A stretch of DNA of 62,869 nucleotides from an uncultured Gammaproteobacteria bacterium (lineage in GTDB: Bacteria > Patescibacteriota > Microgenomatia > Levybacterales > GWA1-39-11). The notes below the pieces were generated by a model. The model searched no databases and was not told the origin of the DNA. It was given only the letters and a program-made list of their open reading frames with translations. How positions within the stretch are numbered: the first letter of the stretch is position 1; each line of letters opens with the position of its first letter. Location of the stretch: the NCBI GenBank assembly GCA_964568885.1, contig CAZMSF010000004.1, positions 1 through 62,869 of the forward strand. The letters are read 5' to 3'. A program made the position numbers and the translations under genes. Below are positions 35,438 to 44,441 of the stretch, in pieces.

Positions 35438-37675
35438 ATGAATAAAAAAATGAAAGTTTCTGTCATATATGTTTATTACAATACGCCGCTTGAGCTTGTC
35501 CAATCCGTTGACTCGGTTTTGGATAATTCTAAGAAAATTCAACTCGAGATAATTTTGGTTGACAATGATTCACCCAAAAGGATTCCTAAAGTATTGGAAA
35601 AAAGAAAAGGTATAAAAATAATAAGAAACAAGCAAAACTTAGGGTTTGGGAGAGGCTGCAATGTTGGTGCTAAAGCGGCGACAGGAGAATATCTGATGTT
35701 TCTCAACCCTGACACTCTTGTTCATGATAACGCTATTTATGAAATGCTAAAAACATTAAATGAACAGCGGGTTGGTATTGTGGGTCCGAAAATGATTGAC
35801 ATAGATGGCAATACGCTTCCGACAATTAATTCGTTTCTTACATTTCCGGCACTCCTGGTCGTGTATTCGTTTTTGGATATCATTTTTAAAAACAATCCCA
35901 TTTCAAATCACTTTTGGCTGTATGACGTTAATCGCGACAAAGAACAAAAAGTGGATGTTCTTAGCGGAGCGTGTTTGATGATAAAAAAAACGATATTTGA
36001 AAAAGTTGGAGGATTTGATGAACGATTCTTTATGTATTTTGAAGAGCAGGATATCTGTTTAAATTTAAGAAAAAAAGGGTTCAAGGCAATATTTAACCCA
36101 AGAGCAAAAATAACACATTTCATCGGAAGAAGCCTGAATGATAAATCTGAAATAAAGAAATATTTTCAAGAGAGCAGGTTTTTATACACAAAAAAAAATT
36201 TAGGGCCCGGAAAGGCAATTATGTCGGAATTATTCTTGCGTTATTTAACATTTTCCAATCTTATTGCAGTTTTAACTTTTACTTCTTCATTATTTTTGAA
36301 TATCTATAAGCAAGATCGGTTGATGCTTTTTATAGGGGATGCTGCAAGGGACTTTCTTGCAGCAAGAGATATGATTCTAACGCACACCCTCCCTCTTGTT
36401 GGTATACCGTCTTCCGTTCCTTGGCTTCATCAAGGTCCACTGTCTATATATGGCATAGGACTCGCATTTCTATTGGCACACTTCAATCCAATCGCGCCGG
36501 GCATTTTATTTGGATTTATTGGTGCCCTTACAACCCTTTTATTGTATTTTTTTGCAAAGAAATATTTCGGTATTAATACGGCCGTTATTGCATCACTTCT
36601 CTATGCAACTTCTCCTATGGTAGTTGTTAATGCTCGGATGCCTTACCATACTTCACTTATTCCATTTTTTACGCTTATTTTTTTCCTTACTCTATATAAA
36701 GCTCTGAGGACCTCAAGATATACACCTCTTATTTTTTTCACTTTTGGACTCCTTTTGCAGGTCGAGTTGTCAAATATAGTCGTTGGAGCAATTATTTTAA
36801 TTTTACTTTACCAGCACAAAGTAAAAGTAAAAAAAAATATTATCTATTATTCAGTAGCCGCTTTTTTATTAGGCGTGCTTCCATTTATAATTTACGAATT
36901 TGTTAATGGACCGGCTTACATAAAATTTCCGCTTTGGATTGCCAACAGAATCCGTCTGTTTTTCGGATTAACGCTTCATCACAACTCAACAACTTCTTCA
37001 TTGCCCGGAGCATTGCTTACTACTTATCAACAGATTAGTGGAACCATACTGCCGCATATCCACGTGGTGGGCCTTTTCATATATCTTGTCGCATTTTTTT
37101 ATTTGATTTTAGGAAATGGAAATATTATAAAAAATCGTTATCAAGGAGGGCTGATGCTGTGGATAATAATTCCTCTATTGGCTTTCTCTCTGCATGCTTC
37201 CCCCGGAACTGCATACTTCGGTCTTTTATATCCAGCGATAATACTTCTTGTTGCAATATTTTTTGATGCTCTGGTAAGAGTAAATAGAATATTTTTCCTA
37301 TTAGTAATATTCATTGCATTTCTTAATGCAAATCTCCTTGTTAAAAATGATTTTTTTGCTTCAAGCGAAAGTGGGGCTCATCCGATGCCCCCGACTTTCT
37401 ATAACTTCGGAACATCATGGAAATTAAGCGATGAGGTTTCAAGAGCAATCGTTGATGATGCAAAGGGGAGAAGTCTTCAGGTCATTGCTAAAGGTGGTCT
37501 TACTCTTTACAAGACAAGTATAGATCCCTATATTTATCTAATTTGGTATCATGGAGGACAAATTTCTCAAAGTTCTTCATTGAAATATGAAATTTATCAA
37601 CCGCAGGCAACCCCTTTAGTTAGAAAGGGAATAATTTATAACGACAAAGGAGGAGTTGTGATAAAAAGTGAGTAA
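35438..37675 (+). CDS. Fusion protein: N-terminal GT2 domain plus C-terminal polytopic GT-C/PMT-ArnT-like domain
   Basis: Residues 1-250 are GT2 (VSVIYVYYNTPLEL...LVDNDS, FMYFEEQDICLNLRKKG). About 12 TM helices follow, with the first-loop motif GDAARDFLAARDMI and a soluble C-terminus. Confidence 0.7.
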   Translation: MNKKMKVSVIYVYYNTPLELVQSVDSVLDNSKKIQLEIILVDNDSPKRIPKVLEKRKGIKIIRNKQNLGFGRGCNVGAKAATGEYLMFLNPDTLVHDNAIYEMLKTLNEQRVGIVGPKMIDIDGNTLPTINSFLTFPALLVVYSFLDIIFKNNPISNHFWLYDVNRDKEQKVDVLSGACLMIKKTIFEKVGGFDERFFMYFEEQDICLNLRKKGFKAIFNPRAKITHFIGRSLNDKSEIKKYFQESRFLYTKKNLGPGKAIMSELFLRYLTFSNLIAVLTFTSSLFLNIYKQDRLMLFIGDAARDFLAARDMILTHTLPLVGIPSSVPWLHQGPLSIYGIGLAFLLAHFNPIAPGILFGFIGALTTLLLYFFAKKYFGINTAVIASLLYATSPMVVVNARMPYHTSLIPFFTLIFFLTLYKALRTSRYTPLIFFTFGLLLQVELSNIVVGAIILILLYQHKVKVKKNIIYYSVAAFLLGVLPFIIYEFVNGPAYIKFPLWIANRIRLFFGLTLHHNSTTSSLPGALLTTYQQISGTILPHIHVVGLFIYLVAFFYLILGNGNIIKNRYQGGLMLWIIIPLLAFSLHASPGTAYFGLLYPAIILLVAIFFDALVRVNRIFFLLVIFIAFLNANLLVKNDFFASSESGAHPMPPTFYNFGTSWKLSDEVSRAIVDDAKGRSLQVIAKGGLTLYKTSIDPYIYLIWYHGGQISQSSSLKYEIYQPQATPLVRKGIIYNDKGGVVIKSE

Positions 37676-40244
37676 ATATTTCTTAGTAGCCTTCATTTGT
37701 ATTATTATTCTGGTATTTATTGCAAATCAGTTGCAATTAATTTATTTTCCTCTAGATATCCTTAATTTATTTCCCTTATTTCATTCACATTCATCGGTCG
37801 TACCACACAATACACTTGTATCCGATCCGGTATTTCAGTTTGAGCCGTGGAGATATTTATCAAAGCAAATGATACTTAATGGACAATTCCCTTTTTGGAA
37901 TAGTTACAATGCTGCAGGGGTTCCTTTATTTGCGAATTCTCAATCTGCGATTTTATTCCCATTGAACTTACTGTATCTCATTTTTCCAATTACGATAGCT
38001 TTGAATTTAATTCTACTATTAAAATTTTTTCTACTTTTTTGTTTTTCGTTCCTATATTTAAGGTCAATTGGGTTAACCTCCAGAAATAGCTTGATAGGAG
38101 GGGTGGCTGTTATTTTTTCTGGATTTCCTATTCTGTGGAGTTTGTGGCCACATACAAATGTCTTTTTGTTCCTACCTCTTTTCCTTTATGTTACCGAAAA
38201 AATAAAAAAAAGTAACAAGAAAAGCACCTACCGTTGGTATGTAATTCTTTCTATATCTTATCTTTTAGCGATTCTTGGAGGGCATTATGAGACATTGATG
38301 CATATTATGCTTTTACATTTTCCGTATATCATATTTAGGTTTTATCGCAATCGAAAAAAAATAGTCTTAACTATGTTTTTTATTTTTTTCGGATTTTTAT
38401 TGGCATCAGTGCAATTATTTCCTTTCATTGAATATTTAATCCAGAGTGAAGCTTTTGTTCACAGGATGCATCTTGATTATTTGTATCTTCCTTTACAAAG
38501 CGGTATTCTTAATTTTATCCCATTTCTTTTAGGTGCTCCACACCTGCAATATTACAAACCAATTTTACCAATTACGAATTTCCAGGAATCAATGAATGGG
38601 TACACTGGCATAATTGTCTTAATGACAGCTTTGGTAGGAATGAGAGCACTTTTCACTAAGAAAAAAATGGTGAGATTTTGGGCTATCGTAGCATTCACTT
38701 TCTGGGTATTAGCTTTTAAAATTTGGCCACTCGGTTTATTGCTGGATTTGCCGATCATCTCACAAGCACAAAACAGTCGGTTTCCTGCAGTAGCTTCTTT
38801 TGCAATCGTAGTTATCTTTTCTTATGCGCTTGACTCTCTATCCTATGTAGTAAAGCGACGAGGGAAATTATTGAAAATTGTTTTTTCAGCATTTCTTCTT
38901 TTTATTTTATTAACGCTTTTTGTCATAGGAATGTTGCGCTTGTTTACAGACAATCAAATGATTCGTCATCCATTTATAATGCAGTTAATCTTTCATCTGC
39001 TTTACTTATTTGCTTCAACTGGTTTGTTTCTTTTTATAATTAGGCTGCGAAAAACAAAAGTATTTTCATTTTTACTAATGATATTAATATTTGCGCAAAC
39101 CATGGCTCTTCTGGCCGGCTACATCCCCCTTGTCAGTGCCAAACAATATTATCCTACCGCTCCCGTTATACGAAAGTTGCAAAGCATGCCGGCGGGAGTT
39201 TTATTAGAGGTTGGTAACCCTTCAATTCCTCCGGATACTAATATCATGTACGGTATTTTTCATGCACAAAATTACGATGGAATAGAGTTGAGATCATACA
39301 AAGAAGCTTTTGACAAAGCGTTCAATGTAAAAAATCATTGGGGGAAAGTTGAAAATTTTACATTAAACAATCTACAAAGATTTAACATCCGTTATCTATT
39401 GACAGATTATGACGTGAATAGTAAAAAGCAAATCTTGCAAGGTGAATCATTTAATTTGCTCGGCCCCCTAATGAATGGGGATAATTTGGAGTTAAATTTT
39501 CTTCCTGCAGATCGGATTCTCTCGGAAATTCGATTAATTACAGCAAACTATAACAGGAAGAACTCATGTGATTTCGATGTGTCCATTGTTGAGGAGGCAA
39601 GTGGTGTCAGTATCTTCAGAAAAAAAATTAGCTGTGCTGATTTACTAGACAAAATGTATTATACGATTGAAACAGGAGGCATCGCTGTAGACTATCTGAA
39701 ACAATATGTTCTAATAATAAGTCCAAATAACACGAACACAGAAAATAGTTTTGGTCTATGGGGCAATAATAATACACCTTTTGTTCAGTTACTATATCAA
39801 TCTTCGTCTGGTGTTTACAGCTACGTAGGTAAATATAAAAATGTAAAACTTTTTGAGGTCCCTGGGAGTGGAATCCTGCGATACAAAGGCACGGTAGGGA
39901 AAATACGGGACAACAATAATTCTCTCTCTTTTCAATATAGCTCCCGATCCTCTTCAAATGCCGAAATTAAGAAGGTGTATTATCCAGGTTGGAAAGCAAC
40001 AATAGATGGAGAGGTTGTTCAATTAGAAGATAAAAATCCCTTTATTGGCATTTATTTACCATCCGGGTCCCATACTGTTAGGTTGTATTATCATCCTGAC
40101 AGCTTCTATACAGGACTGCTTTTATCATGCATAACTTTTCTTTTGTTGGGTGCCTACTATATAAGAGGGTGGATATTACAAGCTAACAATTTTGGGAGCA
40201 GGAAGCGGAAGTATAAATTTCCCTTTAAATCCTTTCGCTTTTAA
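37668..40244 (+). CDS. YfhO-family GT-C membrane glycosyltransferase
   Basis: FEPWRY...GQFPFWNSYNAAGVPLFANSQSAILFPLN and C-terminal YYPGWKATIDGEVV motifs. GTG start overlapping the upstream stop. Confidence 0.8.
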   Translation: MSKYFLVAFICIIILVFIANQLQLIYFPLDILNLFPLFHSHSSVVPHNTLVSDPVFQFEPWRYLSKQMILNGQFPFWNSYNAAGVPLFANSQSAILFPLNLLYLIFPITIALNLILLLKFFLLFCFSFLYLRSIGLTSRNSLIGGVAVIFSGFPILWSLWPHTNVFLFLPLFLYVTEKIKKSNKKSTYRWYVILSISYLLAILGGHYETLMHIMLLHFPYIIFRFYRNRKKIVLTMFFIFFGFLLASVQLFPFIEYLIQSEAFVHRMHLDYLYLPLQSGILNFIPFLLGAPHLQYYKPILPITNFQESMNGYTGIIVLMTALVGMRALFTKKKMVRFWAIVAFTFWVLAFKIWPLGLLLDLPIISQAQNSRFPAVASFAIVVIFSYALDSLSYVVKRRGKLLKIVFSAFLLFILLTLFVIGMLRLFTDNQMIRHPFIMQLIFHLLYLFASTGLFLFIIRLRKTKVFSFLLMILIFAQTMALLAGYIPLVSAKQYYPTAPVIRKLQSMPAGVLLEVGNPSIPPDTNIMYGIFHAQNYDGIELRSYKEAFDKAFNVKNHWGKVENFTLNNLQRFNIRYLLTDYDVNSKKQILQGESFNLLGPLMNGDNLELNFLPADRILSEIRLITANYNRKNSCDFDVSIVEEASGVSIFRKKISCADLLDKMYYTIETGGIAVDYLKQYVLIISPNNTNTENSFGLWGNNNTPFVQLLYQSSSGVYSYVGKYKNVKLFEVPGSGILRYKGTVGKIRDNNNSLSFQYSSRSSSNAEIKKVYYPGWKATIDGEVVQLEDKNPFIGIYLPSGSHTVRLYYHPDSFYTGLLLSCITFLLLGAYYIRGWILQANNFGSRKRKYKFPFKSFRF

Positions 40245-41444
40245 TTTGGGCATCAATTCATCTGCTATATGCCACGAAAAAAGAAGTGCATAGTCAGGTT
40301 GATCTTTAAATAGTTTTTCCTCATCAACAACAGGAATAATTGTTCCCGGCAAGTACCTCCCAATTTTATGAGATCCTTTTACTTCGACAACACAGTCAAT
40401 AATTGCATCATCAAGTCCAGTGTAACTTGCAAGTGTTGTTCCTCTCGAGGGAGCACTTATTGCATATATCCTTTTATTTTTCTTTTTAATATCATATAAA
40501 AGTGAATTTAGTTGAAGTTTGGATAATATAACTTTTTTACGGAAATTCTCAAACGCCTTTTTTTCAGTTACATAGGGTTTTTCTGATTTTAACATTTTTT
40601 TTACTGTATCAAATGTTTTGTACGTACCTTTCTTTGCCGCATATACCCGGATAGAACCCCCATGAGAAGGAATTTTCTTTGCATGAAAAATTTCAAGGTC
40701 ATGATGTTTTAAAAGGTTAATAAGAGAAATTAATGAATAGTATCGCAAATGCTCATGATAAATAGTGTCGTACTGGACGGTTTTTATGAGAGGAAGTAGA
40801 TAGTGTGACTCGGATATGAATACGCCGTCTGAGGACATCAATTTTTTAATATTACCGATTAACTCATGGACATTTTCGATATGAGCAAATGCATTTGTGA
40901 GAGCGACGATTTTTGCTTTCCCATATTTTTTTAACACATCTTGAGTCACTTTGGATGTGAAATAGTCAAGGATTGTCGGTATTCCTCTTTCAATCGCAAG
41001 TTTTCCAATTTCCTCCGGGGTAATGCCTAGGACTTTGTGATTTACCTTAAAATTACTTAGTAAATTTCCGTCATTGGATCCAATATCGACAATTAAATCG
41101 TCATGTTTTAAATTAAGCAATTTGCTGGATTCTTTATACAACTCGGCAAAATTTTCCCGTAACACTTTAGTCGTGCTGCTCGTATAGGGATAACTTTTAG
41201 GAAATAGAATTGTCGGATCGACAACAAGTCCTAATTGGACAAGATGGCATTTTTCGCAATACAGCATATTTGCGGGGTAACTGGGTTGGACTACGGGAAC
41301 ATCGCCCGCGGTGGGCATAGAGTTAACGGGAGGCAAATAGCCAAGAAAAATTATTGAATAGAGTTTTTCAGAAGCGCAGGACTGGCATTTTGTAACCGGA
41401 AGAGATTTGCCGGTATTAATTGTTTTGGGAAGTGTATCTTTCAC
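40176..41444 (-). CDS. NDP-sugar C-methyltransferase-type enzyme (Zn-ribbon + SAM MTase + C-terminal domain)
   Basis: CQSC...CEKCHLVQL zinc ribbon, SAM motif VDIGSNDG and C-terminal KFILPLP, a TylC3-like three-domain layout. GTG start, with TATAAT 7 nt upstream. Confidence 0.7.
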   Translation of the reverse strand: MKDTLPKTINTGKSLPVTKCQSCASEKLYSIIFLGYLPPVNSMPTAGDVPVVQPSYPANMLYCEKCHLVQLGLVVDPTILFPKSYPYTSSTTKVLRENFAELYKESSKLLNLKHDDLIVDIGSNDGNLLSNFKVNHKVLGITPEEIGKLAIERGIPTILDYFTSKVTQDVLKKYGKAKIVALTNAFAHIENVHELIGNIKKLMSSDGVFISESHYLLPLIKTVQYDTIYHEHLRYYSLISLINLLKHHDLEIFHAKKIPSHGGSIRVYAAKKGTYKTFDTVKKMLKSEKPYVTEKKAFENFRKKVILSKLQLNSLLYDIKKKNKRIYAISAPSRGTTLASYTGLDDAIIDCVVEVKGSHKIGRYLPGTIIPVVDEEKLFKDQPDYALLFSWHIADELMPKLKAKGFKGKFILPLPAPKIVSL

Positions 41445-41483
41445 GTTATGGATTATAAAGTAATATCAATAAAAATTCTATTG

Positions 41484-42431
41484 TTAATTATTGTTATACC
41501 AATCAATTGTTTGTCGTAAACCCATATCAAGATTGAATTCTTCTGCAAATCCCAGTTTTTTAATTTTTGATATATCAGGGCAACGCCTTGGAGTGCTGCC
41601 TTGGCGTAAATCTCCGGGGATTATCGTAACTTCTAGCTCTTCAAGGTCTGCAATTTTCTTCGCAAGTTTTTCCGTGGAAATTTCATTTTGTGTACCAAGG
41701 TTATATGTTTCAAGGTGTTTGCTTTTTCTTAACAATAGCAAAAACTGTTTTGTAAAATCATCGATATATACATATGAACGGGTTTCCTTTCCGGTTCCTT
41801 GGATGAAAAGTTTGCTTAATTTATCTTTTTTTAACTTCTGAATTTTTCTAATTAACTCCGGTATGACATGTTCTTCTCCCATATCGGGGCCATATACATT
41901 GTGAGGTCTAAAGATAACGACCTTTTTAAAGTATAAGGGAGCGTTGTGGATAGCCATAAGCTCATGCAGTATCTTTCCTCCCCCATAAGAATAACGTGGA
42001 TTATAGGGGTCGGGAATAACAAGCGGAACTTCTTCCGGCGTCGGAATAACCTTTGGATTTTGATATACTTCGGAACTTGAAGCAACAAAAAGTTCTGAAT
42101 TCCCATTTTTCCTGCCCGCTTCAATAACCGATTGCATCCCCTTAATTGCAATATCAAGTACCAAGTCAGGATTCGAATAGAAGAATTTTGTGCCGTTGAC
42201 ATATGCAAGATGGATAATGCCATCACAGCCTTGTCCTGCTTTTACTACTTTTTTTGCATCTCGTATATCGCCCTTTATAAATTCGAATTTTCCTTCAACT
42301 TCTTCGAGTTTTGAAAGCTTCCCTCGTTGCAGACTATCAAACACTTTTACATGATAGCCTTGTAAGACGAGTTTTTTTACAATTGAACTTCCAATAAATC
42401 CAGCTCCTCCCGTAACCAAATACTTTCTCAT
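41484..42431 (-). CDS. NAD-dependent sugar epimerase/dehydratase (extended SDR)
   Basis: VTGGAGFIGSSIV Rossmann motif, SSSEVY, and catalytic YSYGGGK (YxxxK). Confidence 0.85.
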   Translation of the reverse strand: MRKYLVTGGAGFIGSSIVKKLVLQGYHVKVFDSLQRGKLSKLEEVEGKFEFIKGDIRDAKKVVKAGQGCDGIIHLAYVNGTKFFYSNPDLVLDIAIKGMQSVIEAGRKNGNSELFVASSSEVYQNPKVIPTPEEVPLVIPDPYNPRYSYGGGKILHELMAIHNAPLYFKKVVIFRPHNVYGPDMGEEHVIPELIRKIQKLKKDKLSKLFIQGTGKETRSYVYIDDFTKQFLLLLRKSKHLETYNLGTQNEISTEKLAKKIADLEELEVTIIPGDLRQGSTPRRCPDISKIKKLGFAEEFNLDMGLRQTIDWYNNN

Positions 42432-42514
42432 GTAGGGCTTTTATTATAGATAAGTGATGTTCATAAGTAAACCTAATATGTAGATGGTATTTGTTATGTA
42501 TAATAGGTGAGAAT

Positions 42515-42832
42515 ATGACTAAGAATTTCTTTTTCAAATATAAAAAGATGTGGAAGAAAAAATCGTTTAAAGTAATCAAATCCATTTCTTTAACAACCCA
42601 TATTATTGTTGTTATCTCCTCGCTTTGTGCGGGAATTATTTTTTTTATTTTCGTAAATACATTCATACTTCCTACCTCCTTAGAACTCCCCAAAACAACA
42701 GCCATTAATTGGTTAGTTCTTAATAGACACTCTATGACTCTTGACTATGTCCGTTTTTTTGCATTTATTGTAATTATTCAAACCTTCATAATGGTGGGAT
42801 GGATGTTTTTTGTATGGAAAAAAAGCGAGTAA
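42515..42832 (+). CDS. Small membrane protein (2-3 TM), possibly the detached N-terminus of the next gene
   Basis: ATG 42515 follows TATAAT (42499..42504) and AGGTGA. The ORF ends just after an A7 run (42818..42824) where the next ORF begins in the -1 frame. Confidence 0.4.
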   Translation: MTKNFFFKYKKMWKKKSFKVIKSISLTTHIIVVISSLCAGIIFFIFVNTFILPTSLELPKTTAINWLVLNRHSMTLDYVRFFAFIVIIQTFIMVGWMFFVWKKSE

Positions 42833-44370
42833 TTGTATATATTGTTTTTTTTACATTTGTTCTTTTTTGGTTGTTAGTTTTTGGACAGCTTAATGGGGCG
42901 AGCGGACTAAGGGGAGATGTCAATCTGATAGATGAGGGACAATTTGGGGCATGGATAAATCACATGCTAAATGGGAAAAAAATGTATAAGGATTTTTTTC
43001 CGCCATATGGACCTTTGCAAGTTTTTCCTATATATGTATTAACGAAAATATTTGGACCGACATATTTTATTATAAGGTTTTACGTTACCGTTTTGGGTGT
43101 TTTTTTGGGACTTGTTGCATCTTTTATAACTCTTAAGATATTAAAAATAAGTAACAAAATTGGCTGGATAGTTTTATTTTTTTTCATTCTATATCCGGGT
43201 ATTCATATCCGGTCATGGATAGTTGTTCTTGCGTTGGCGTTATTGGTTAAGTATTTTAATAAGAATTCAGTAAGGAGCTTATTTTTAATTGGGGTACTAT
43301 CCGGATATACTCTGCTTCAAAGTGTGGAGTCGGGTATCTTTCTTTTTCTTATATCATTTGGGTATGTTTTGGTGAAGGTGTTTAAAAATAATAACCGACA
43401 AATAAATATTAAAAATGCAACTTATTATTATGGGGGCTTTTTGATTTTGTTAACGGCTTTTTCGTTGTTTTCTGCATGGGAGGGTTGGCTTTTTAATTAT
43501 ATACAGTCAACCATTAGTTTTTTAACTTCTGTCTCCGGAATAAATTTGCCCAATGGTCAAGGATTACCGAATATACTCGGTGATTTCACGCGAGTTGATT
43601 CAATATTTACTCTTATAAAGTTTATCTTTTCAAAAAACCTTTTATTCTATTGGACTATTGTTTTATTGGTACTTTCTCAAACGGTCGTATTTATCAGATA
43701 TATTTTACATAGAAATACAAGCGAAGATACTATTGTTTTTCTAATAATTATTTATGTATGGATGTCTTATTTTGGAACAATAGGGAGGTCAGGGCATCAT
43801 TTTTTCTACGCTTCTTTTATTGTGTTATTTGCAGGCTACTTTCTTTCACTTTTGTTTAGAACTAGAAAGAAGCAATTGGTTGCCGGAAAATTGAAAATTG
43901 TGTTGATCATTTTGCTGTTAGCATATATTTCTCGGTACTTGATGATTTATCGCTACACGTCATATTTCGACTTTAGTGGTGTGAATTACGTAAATCGGGT
44001 AGGGGCTATAACAATATCAAAAGAGCAGGCAAAAGATATACGATTAATGCAGGAATATATTAACCGTACAACAAGAAAAAAGGACACTATATTTCTTTTC
44101 AACAATATGCCAGGCTGGTATTTTTTACTTGATAGAGAAAATGCTACGAAATATGATTTTCCATTGCTCGCGCTGCTTAAGAGAGACAGATTGGAGCTTG
44201 TTGCAATGCTAGAAAAAAACAATCCCGTTTATATAATCGAGGATTTAAATGCGTGGCCCGTTGACGAAGTGAGCGACAGGCAAAGAATGCCCGAGGTTTT
44301 AAATTACATGAATAAGAATTATTTCGTATATGCTAAAAAAGAGCATTTCCTCATATACAAAAAACGTTGA
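42814..44370 (+). CDS. Polytopic membrane protein, possible GT-C-type, with C-terminal soluble domain
   Basis: The first loop carries an acidic motif VNLIDEGQFGAWINHM. There are at least 10 TM helices. An alternative ATG lies at 42799. Confidence 0.45.
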   Translation: MEKKRVIVYIVFFTFVLFWLLVFGQLNGASGLRGDVNLIDEGQFGAWINHMLNGKKMYKDFFPPYGPLQVFPIYVLTKIFGPTYFIIRFYVTVLGVFLGLVASFITLKILKISNKIGWIVLFFFILYPGIHIRSWIVVLALALLVKYFNKNSVRSLFLIGVLSGYTLLQSVESGIFLFLISFGYVLVKVFKNNNRQINIKNATYYYGGFLILLTAFSLFSAWEGWLFNYIQSTISFLTSVSGINLPNGQGLPNILGDFTRVDSIFTLIKFIFSKNLLFYWTIVLLVLSQTVVFIRYILHRNTSEDTIVFLIIIYVWMSYFGTIGRSGHHFFYASFIVLFAGYFLSLLFRTRKKQLVAGKLKIVLIILLLAYISRYLMIYRYTSYFDFSGVNYVNRVGAITISKEQAKDIRLMQEYINRTTRKKDTIFLFNNMPGWYFLLDRENATKYDFPLLALLKRDRLELVAMLEKNNPVYIIEDLNAWPVDEVSDRQRMPEVLNYMNKNYFVYAKKEHFLIYKKR

Positions 44371-44374
44371 ATTG

Positions 44375-44395
44375 GCAATATGTAATTGCTTTTTT
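44375..44395 (+). terminator. Weak candidate intrinsic terminator
   Basis: GCAAT-ATGTA-ATTGC followed by T6, directly after the stop at 44370. The stem is short and AT-rich. Confidence 0.3.
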
Positions 44396-44441
44396 ACTAA
44401 GTATAGTTTAAGATTTTTCCACCTGTCTTCGTAATCCTATT

